Assembly (NCBI GenBank): GCA_002269645.1
Contig: NIVC01000286.1
Span: forward strand, 124,001-188,000
Source: Macrostomum lignano
Taxonomy: Eukaryota
Direction: 5' to 3'
DNA length: 64,000 nucleotides
Both the position numbers and the translations under genes were made by a program. The notes below the pieces were generated by a model. It saw nothing but the letters and a program-made list of their open reading frames with translations. It made no database searches and was not told the DNA's origin. This document shows, in pieces, positions 39,301 to 64,000 of the stretch (the stretch's first letter is position 1; every line of letters starts with the position of its first letter).

Positions 39301-40763
39301 TTGTACAAATTCTGTCTCAAGACTTCTAGTTTCTTCTTTATTTCAAAAACAGCTTCTTAGCTGACATTACTCGAGAAGAATAATGTCATTGCATCTGCAC
39401 TATGAATTTCAATTTTTTTGCATTCTGCATAGATAGATCTCTGTTAAAAGCAACAACCTCTGGATTTTGCACTGCCATTAACAGTCCCTCTCTGTGTGAG
39501 CTTGCTGAACATTGGGATGGTGGTGCTTTTAGTTCCCTTGAATGTGCTGCAGCTGCACCATCACCTGATCCCCCAGGCTGCACTTAAGATTGCTGGTAAT
39601 TTTTTTTCTAATATCCAATGCGCACCACAACAATCATTAACTTCTCCAGGAGTTACATGACCAAGTTTCCATTGTGTAAAGAGCAATGGCTTTCGCTCTT
39701 CAGCTGCAGAAAGGGGACACTAGTTGATGGAATAGTCTTCATGACCATTTTCATCCCATTCATGTACAAGATTCAATACATAGTCAGGTGCAGGTCTATC
39801 TTTAAGTGAAGTATATAATGACTCAAAGAATGTACACCTATATATATATATATATAGGTATACATATGAGTGTATATATACAAGTTAGTTTGCCAGACAT
39901 ACAGTACAGTATGTAGGGAGTATAGCCTACAGGGTACAGGCTACAGTGTAGTTTAGTACTGCATAAGTGAATAAGTGAATGATAAATCAATCAGGAAAGA
40001 GAATGAAGATAAGAAAAGAGAAAGGAAATGAGGTACTTCCATTTTTCAATAAGCACAAGCACGCAAAGCGTGCTACCCCCCCCCCCTGGTCTTTCAGTGG
40101 TGGCGTATAGGTAAGTTGCAAATCTGGACAAAACTAAGTCGCACTGGATAGGTGAAATTTTTAGGTTGGGCATGTATGTGTATAACAAAAACATGTTCAT
40201 GAATGCATAATTGTTAAAACATAAGAACATTTCAAAATGATTTTTAATAAATAGTTTTAAAATTTGAAATTAAAATTGAAATTATTTTGTTTGATTTAAA
40301 ATTAGGTTTGAAATTTGGAATATCAAAAATGAAATTGAATTTTGATCCATCACTAAGTTAGTATATACATATATATTACTATCTCAACTTTTGTTCAGAA
40401 AAGCCAAATTAAGAGTAATAATAATATAATATAGAGTTAGCCTTAAAAGAGGGCATAGATTACACTGTATTGTAGGCTATATGAATGTCAAAGTCAAATG
40501 ACATGGAATTAAAAATTTAATGAAATTATTAGGCCTAAATTAACTTTGACTTTGAGTTTGAAAAAATAAAAATAATGAAAAATTTGGTCTGTGAATATAT
40601 ATTAACAACATTGCAAAAAAGAAAAGCAGACAGTTGTATTTTGTACCTTTTTCTTCTCGAGATTACGAATTTTTTTCTCCACATAAGTATGAAGATTTTT
40701 CATCGCATCTGAAGACTCAGGAGGAGCCTTTACTGGATCTTGCTTACCAGAAAGGGAAGGCAT
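29729..40763 (-). CDS. CAPRIN1: Caprin family RNA-granule protein, 590 aa; complement join(40763-40647,32994-32662,32251-32061,31618-31093,30334-29729)
   Basis: In-frame GT-AG splicing totals 1773 nt. HR1 domain motifs KKIRNLEKKKKRLDEYQ, NLEFAR and LLEAKDRPLC. FEFIQDS resembles the caprin YNFIQDS G3BP-binding motif. The C-terminus is Q-rich and RGG-rich. Confidence 0.9.
30403..31080. repeat. 29-31-bp minisatellite (gattagctgcccctgaatatctgggaagg) in caprin intron 4
   Basis: Direct reading. Confidence 0.95.
31093..31618 (-). CDS. CAPRIN1: Caprin exon 4 (acidic/Pro-rich, FEFIQDS motif)
   Basis: ORF 30856-31458 plus upstream in-frame codons; donor cag|gtaagt. Confidence 0.88.
31635..31990. repeat. 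33-bp minisatellite (gggtagcttgacttgtctatccgtgtctggaga) in caprin intron 3
   Basis: Direct reading. Confidence 0.93.
32061..32251 (-). CDS. CAPRIN1: Caprin exon 3
   Basis: LDSIDEVYQAITPRR...LLEAKDRPLCQGVSYKEARELLDK. Confidence 0.9.
32662..32994 (-). CDS. CAPRIN1: Caprin exon 2 (HR1 coiled coil)
   Basis: KRLDEYQKLKSKGDQLS...GNLEFARD...RQRFERE. Confidence 0.9.
34326..35605 (+). mobile_element. DNA transposon relic with ~120-bp inverted termini (left one in ~4 tandem copies) enclosing a PIF/Harbinger-ISL2EU-like transposase fragment
   Basis: 35480-35600 is the reverse complement of the 151-162-bp tandem unit at 34330-34908. The core translates, with one stop and one frameshift, to FRYVIECCFAAIKQ...VSVGPYQLNQADYY. 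The family assignment is from remembered motif resemblance only. Confidence 0.6.
36406..36803. mobile_element. hAT-type MITE, 398 bp
   Basis: TIR tagaggtcggatggg / cctatccaacctcta; perfect 8-bp TSD CTTTCTAC; inverted subterminal AATCCC/GGGAT motifs. Confidence 0.85.
37070..38140. repeat. 21-bp minisatellite (actaagtcgcaatcaggagga) inside the hAT MITE
   Basis: About 50 units. Confidence 0.95.
39380..39760 (-). mobile_element. Highly decayed LINE (RT C-terminal region) fragment nested in the MITE
   Basis: Minus-strand relic ALYTMETWSC resembles RTE-type LLYGxETW; many stops. Confidence 0.3.
40647..40763 (-). CDS. CAPRIN1: Caprin first coding exon (MPSLSGKQ...EKKIRNLEKKK)
   Basis: ATG at 40763, donor aag|gtacaa; below the ORF-track length cutoff, found by reading the minus strand. 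Confidence 0.88.
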
Positions 40764-43009
40764 TCTCAAGGCGCAATTTCCACCTAAATTATGCTACGTG
40801 GCTTGTCATACAAAAATTATTGAATGTAGAAAACAGCAATGGGAAGTAAGGAGCAGTGACACATGCCGGCCTGCGTGACCTTATAAACTTGGTCAAGTCG
40901 AAGTTGTTTACGTATTTAAAACAAAACTTTAAACTTTAAATCAGCATATTCTGCTACAAACACTACTTTTATGAATTTGCACGCAATTTATTTTCTAGTT
41001 AATATGGTTATTTTTTCTGTAATTAAAAAATATAAGTTCATGTACCAAGCTACGTACAAAACACGTCTGAAAAGCGGGCCTCAGCTAGCTAGTGACAACT
41101 ACATTAGAAGCTGTTCAGCTTCTTCCAAGGAATAACTGTAATATAACAGCACTTAAGATCGTGTAATTTCTCTAGAGGCTAATTTCCTAGGAAAAATTCA
41201 CTGACGTCACTGATTGAGATGGAGATTTGATCGAAAAATAATTTTGCAATTATATATATATTACAGTAATAATGCAATTTTTACAAACATGTATGGACTT
41301 CATGCACAAAGTTTCGCTTGAGGGTGTTTAAAACCTTCGCTTGGATTTTAAGAAATCAAAGTAAAACAGTATCAACATGATATGTGCTCCCATCTCGTCC
41401 TCGCGGTCATTTTCTCACTTTAAAATGTTTTTGATGTATTCATCCTTGTTTTTGTTTACCTTTTCTTGAATTTAAGTGCAGCGAAAATAAGTTTAAGACG
41501 GACAGCTCGCTACTGATTGTCGTTTCTTATCTAGACGTCTATCCTCTCATCTAGCTACATACTATATACTCATCGCTCGATCGATCTCCTTTTCCCACTC
41601 ATGTAGAAGTCAAATCTTGATCGTACGTATATGAAATTATTAAAGAAGCATACACTGTAAACACAAAAATGCCTTATTATTTCTGCCTGTACAGGTTGTA
41701 AAAGTATCTAATATATTAATATTTATTTACTTGTTCTACGCCAATTTACTTGATTCGGAGATAACCAATTAGTTAAGCAAATTTAACAAAGCCAGGCATT
41801 TTAGAATCCAAATATTTAATAAGTCGGTAAAACAGTGCAACAAAAAGCCAGCTATGATTGCAGCCGCAGAGCATAAAATTTACTATAATTATATTGAGTA
41901 GGTGCTCGCGATTTAATATTTTATCCTTTTAGTCACTGACGACATTCAGCAAGCAAAAGGCGCAAAAATCGTAAGCGACAGTTTGAAAACAATCATCAAA
42001 TAAAATAGCTACATAGAGCTTTGACTAGGACGCGCGGGAAAGCGACAAAAGCGGGCAGATGTGATTCTGGGAAATTTACAAGAGATTAGTACAGGTGTCA
42101 ATCAGCAGAAGTAATAATTGCTTGAAAGTAAATGAATTTAAAAAATTACGTTTTAATCTAATGAGTATTTAGTTATCTTTGAGTGAATAAAGTAATTAAA
42201 CAGCGTTTCTATATCATCAGTGATTGAGAAATTCAGATGTACCCAAGCAATTGCATTCTAATTTTAATTATATGCATTTGAAAAAAAACAAGCGAAACAA
42301 TTTACAGTGGATATATTGAGAAAAAATATTATAGTTTAAATAAACCAATTTTTTCCACGGACGTTGGCGCGAATTCAAATTTAATAAAAGATGCCACAGA
42401 ATCATAGACTGCATTGGTATTTAGTAATGTGAGTAACAGTTTATGACAATCATTCCTACTTCTGACATTCAGATCAGTAATTAGGAGGCCGATTTAGAAA
42501 ATATTAAAGCATAGAGAGATAAGCTGATTAAAGCATAAAAAGCAAAGCAAAAATGTTTATCATCTTACTGATAGTAGTGCAAATCTGTGCGGCATCAAAA
42601 ATAGTTTTAAGAACCAAAAATGAACTTTTAGAGTAAATAATGAATGGGGTAACATAAAGAAAAATAATGGAAAGCAAAAAGGTTCGCGCTTTGCAATTTA
42701 CAGGTGAAAAATTCGACATTAAAAACACAATTGAAAATAAACATTACTGAATGCTTTCTAAGAAAACACTCGTAGTTTGTTCGATTACAACGCCAAATAC
42801 TGTTATTACTGGGTCTTAGGATGACCCTAGCGTCACTGCTGAACATAAAAAGGTGATTTTTCATCTGCATGGACATTTCTCCGTTGAGTATATATTTAAG
42901 GAAAAATATGTTTAATTAAAGTGCTATAGGGTGATATTTATAAAGTATTATTCTTGAAGCCCAATAAATCCGTCATCACAGTCTGACACTTCATAGAGAA
43001 TCATCATTT

Positions 43010-43920
43010 CTGAAACTAGATTGAGAATCATTCCCAATAAATAATCATTCCTGACACCCTATAGAGAATCATTCTTGACACCCAATAAATAATCATTCCC
43101 GACACCCTATAGAGAATCATTCCTGACACAGACACCCCATTGAGAATCATTCCTGACACCCCATTGAGAATCTTCCTGACACCCCATTGAGAATCTTCCT
43201 GACAACGCATTGAGAATCATTGCTGACAGCCCATTGAGAATCATTCCTGACAACCCATTGGGAATCATTCCTGACACTTTATTGAGAATCATTCCTGACG
43301 CCCATACAGAATCATTCCTGACAACCATTAAGAATCATTTCTGACACCCCATAGAGAATCATTCCTGACACCCCATAGAGAATCATTTCTGACACCCCAT
43401 AGAGGATCATTCCTGACACCCCATAGAGAATCATTCCTGATATCCCATACAGAATCATTCCTGACAACAATTAAGAATCATTCCTGACATCCCATAGAGA
43501 ATCATTCCTGATATCCCATACAGAATCATTCCTGACAACCATTAAGAATCATTCCTGACACCCCATAGAGAATCATTCCTGACACCACATAGAGAATCAT
43601 TCCTGACACCCCATTGAGAATCATTCCTGACAACCCATTGGGAATCATTCCTGACACTTTATTGAGAATCATTCCTGACATCCCATAGAGAATCATTCCT
43701 GACATCCCATAGAGAATCATTCCTGACAACCCATAGAGAATCATTCCTGACACCACATAGAGAATCATTCCTGAAACCCCATTGAGAATCATTCCTGACA
43801 ACCCATTGGGAATCATTCCTGACACTTTATTGAGAATCATTCCTGACATCCCATAGAGAATCATTCCTGACATCCCATAGAGAATCATTCCTGACATCTC
43901 ATACAGAATCATTCCTGACA
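43010..43920. repeat. 24-bp minisatellite (gagaatcattcctgacaccccata) beginning at the prominin stop codon
   Basis: Direct reading. Confidence 0.95.
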
Positions 43921-43921
43921 T

Positions 43922-60682
<16,761 letters not shown>

Positions 60683-61041
60683 TGCTGCAAGTTGGAAATA
60701 GTGTTACAAAATAGTGATAAAGCTGTCAAATTTTATCATGCAAAGTATAGAATGAAGACATGAAGTGAATATTTTGTCATTAGTTTAATTGGATTGCAAG
60801 ATATAACAATAAACAAGTAGACTAAAACTATATAAGAACACTGAATGGCAAATATACTGATATCAATAAGCCTATTATCCATGATTTTAGGACTTACATA
60901 TAATTCAAAGATTAGGTCTAGATATGTAAAAACACCTCCATTCAAGATCATGTCATATATGCCAGAAATTTCTGATGCATATTTTTGATACTAGTATATG
61001 GCAGATATGCTTGAATTTTGGTATATAGCATGTACTACATG

Positions 61042-61376
61042 CAAACATGCCCAACACCCATCTAACCCATCCAAACTGGATAGGTAAAATGGCTGCCAGG
61101 CAAGATAGTTGCAAAATTGAAAATGCAAAAAAGGAAACATTGGGGGAAGAAAGAAAGGAGAGGAAGAGAAAAGGAAAAGAAAGGGGGAGAAGAGAGAGAG
61201 GGGAAAGAGGAGAAAAAGAGAAAAAGAAAAAAGAAAAAGACAAGAAAAGTCATATATAAAGTGAAAATTAAGTTGCAATCAGGGAAACTAAGTTGCAATT
61301 AGGAGGAACTAAGTCGCAAATCTGGATAAAACTAAGTTGCACTGGATGGGTGAAATTTTAAGGTTGGGCATGTATG
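61042..61376. mobile_element. Compact 335-bp copy of the same hAT-type MITE
   Basis: TIR caaacatgcccaac / gttgggcatgtatg; TSD actacatg / actatatg; internal purine tract and 3-4 ACTAAGTYGCA subrepeats. Confidence 0.85.
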
Positions 61377-62844
61377 ACTATATGGCACATAAGTTAAGTT
61401 TAACAAAAATACTATAAATATATAAAGTTTAATAGTTTTATTAAAAAATCATTATTCATATCATAGGCCCCATAGTCTAGAAGGCAATATATATAATCGG
61501 ATTTCCTAGTATATAATAAAGGTACTTGCCATTTTTCAACATATCAGCATAAATCCTAACATAATATAATACAGTGGAATTTTTTGGCTTATATATATGG
61601 TTAGGATCTACAAAAATATTAAGGCAACTTTAGGGCCTATTTAAGATATGCCACATACACATGAGTGGGGCTAGCCATCAACTCAAGAATTTTTAGCTGA
61701 TTTGTCAATGACCGGACTGGCTTGAAACCGATATGCACTTTACCCAACCAATACTGTATCGAAAAATTGATTACTATGTACAAGTTTTAAACCATCAATT
61801 AAAAACTCAATTCAACTACTCTTGGTACTCTCAACTATTTATATATACTGAATATTTGTTCAAATTGTTTCTTAAATAAAAAGACACTGACAATGTCCTA
61901 ATGCAAATGGACAAAATATTTCAGCAATTAAACTAAATAAATACAATTTATGTTTATTCTTACTTTTATTTATCTTATCTTTATTAAGCAAGCCACTTTG
62001 CCCGAAATCTAAAGTCTAAATAATCCATTGCTATAGTGAAGTTAATTCGAAATTTATGATAGTAAATTAGTTTTTTAAAATAATATACTAAACTTTTCTA
62101 TAATTACTAGTAGTGTTCTACCATAGCTATTAGCTATAGCTACAACTAGGCCTATGGGATCCTATGGGCCCTAGTAAATATAGCAAAATATATGGCTATG
62201 GTAGCTACAGATATGCCTATAGTAGATAACTGCTATTATGGCTAGGCCCTATGACTATGGAAAAATACCTATATAACTTTAATTAAGCTATAAAACACTA
62301 AAATGTTGCAAAGTGTTGGAAGATATGTCTGAAAATGTGTTGGCAAAAGTTATCATGCTTGGGTGCAACCTAGGGATTCACCTAGCCATTTTTATTGGCA
62401 ACATGCCAACACACACATATAACTGTAAGTCACTATTGGACAGAATAGTAGTCACATGACTGCTCTCAGCCAATAGCAACTTACATGTGTGTATTGCCAA
62501 AAGAAATGGCTGAGTGATTCCATAGGCTATGTATGAAAGTTAAAGGCCTACAGGTTAGAATTTTATACAAAAAAAAATTCTATCCAACTTTGACAATCCT
62601 CTGCATTTGCATGGTTGACTATCTACACACTAAATTTGAAATGAAGAGTGTAATGTAACATTAAAATAAGGCCTAGCATTCTTAACTATTTAAATAGGCC
62701 TAGTCCAGTTTTGATTTTGAATGACTAGATGCTTCTAACATTGTGTAATTAGGCCTATGTAATATCAGTAAATGATTTTAGCATGAGACAACTGATGTGG
62801 AACTAAAACTAAAAAAAGAATCGGCCAAATAATAATTGATTACA

Positions 62845-63150
62845 CCTGCCCCAATGTCAGAGGCCAGATGTGCAACACTGCAACTAACAGTGACAGCTCA
62901 GCGGCAGCTAATGTGCAGTGCATCTGAAGGCTCCATACGACTGTTCAGTCATAGGACTGACTGGGCGGGTCGCCACACTCACCCTCAGTTACCCCGTCCC
63001 CAGCTAATGCTGGCACCCATTTTACAGCTGGGTAAACTGAAGCAATGCAGACTTGTGGTGCTCAAGGACACAAATTCTTCCGTACTCGATGGAATCGGGA
63101 ATCGAACCCCGTCCTTCATTTCGTGAGTTCGACGCTCTAACCACTAAACT
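62845..63150 (-). mobile_element. tRNA-derived SINE
   Basis: Minus strand: tagtggttagagcg...ggttcgattcccgattcc...tgtgtccttgagc...tttacccagctgtaaaatggg; homologous to 28195-28400. Confidence 0.75.
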
Positions 63151-64000
63151 AGAACTCCCCTAAGCTAAAGGCTAGACCTAAAAGCAGAGAATAAAATGAA
63201 TAATTGACGCCGACGTCCGACGAACGGCAAATATAAAGTTCCATTTCTTTTCCTATAAAAAGGAACTTAAATAAACTGTAGTCATCGATTTTTTTACAAA
63301 TAGTTTTATAAAAACTATTTCAAGCTGTTAGTTTTAAGTTGACTTGTAAACTTTTTACCAGCTTGATTTTTACCAGCTGTTGTTTCTTAAAAGAAATTGT
63401 TATACCTTCTTACATTTACATGCTTTCGTGATTTCAGGAGTTTAGTCCTCTGACACTGACATTTCGCAACTTCATTTGCTGCATTAAGTATGGTTCCGAT
63501 TGGAAGTCCGAAATGTGAAACATTGTGTCTTCTACATGAATAGAAATTTCCTATATGGTAAAAATGGTTTGTTTAGTGCTAAAAAATTCTATTTTGCTAA
63601 TGCATTTAGCAGCGAAAACCGGCTTCCAGTACGCAAAACCCTACAATCTGCAACTCAACTACTTCCATTGAGTAAATGAGAGGGAAATCTGAAATTCTTA
63701 ATAGAAAACTAATTTAATAGTTGAAATGCTGGGTCAGGACGATGATAGAAATGCAATTGGAGATTTTTAGGTAATTTGCAGATTTCGATGAAATTAAAGT
63801 CGATAATACAGAGCAAAACCAATCAATTTCTGTTAAAATGAAAATACGCCACACAAGTAAGCATATGTGGAAGAGGTAGCATCGGCACGGTTTTTATTAG
63901 AATAGGGTAATTTATTATAGATAACAGCACCGGAATTTTTACCGCAGAACAAAACAAAAAAATAGGTCAAGCATACCCACAAAGCACTAAAAATGCATTT

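Larger units (their letters stand above)
36833..40178. mobile_element. hAT-type MITE expanded by an internal 21-bp minisatellite and a ~2-kb insertion
   Basis: TIR catacatgcccaac / gttgggcatgtatg; perfect 8-bp TSD TGTATAAC; both ends homologous to the compact copy at 61042-61376. Confidence 0.88.

Overview
Eukaryotic (metazoan) genomic DNA: GC-rich exons sit in AT-rich, repeat-saturated introns. The architecture is reminiscent of the flatworm Macrostomum, but that is an inference and not shown by the sequence. Three multi-exon genes could be spliced in frame by hand using GT-AG boundaries. (1) C1-tetrahydrofolate synthase MTHFD1, + strand, 10 exons at 4957-24319; the first short exon was not found. 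(2) Caprin, - strand, 5 coding exons at 40763-29729, 590 aa. (3) Prominin, - strand, 10 coding exons at 60682-43922, 926 aa, including 21-, 38- and 41-nt micro-exons. A candidate 80-aa single-pass membrane microprotein lies at 28500-28742 (+). Most introns hold their own minisatellite, the largest being a 7.9-kb array of 20-bp units. Mobile DNA: an RTE-like LINE relic, a TA-flanked mariner relic, four hAT-type MITEs with 8-bp target-site duplications, a PIF/Harbinger-ISL2EU-like relic with a tandemly amplified terminal repeat, and two tRNA-derived SINEs. The most unusual signals are four dispersed copies of a cassette whose core matches the 28S rRNA R2/I-PpoI target site with the cleavage-site bases altered, and direct evidence of minisatellites arising from transposon subterminal and terminal repeats. 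Most long ORFs in the supplied track are artefacts of translating tandem repeats. No CRISPR array or intact RNA gene was found.
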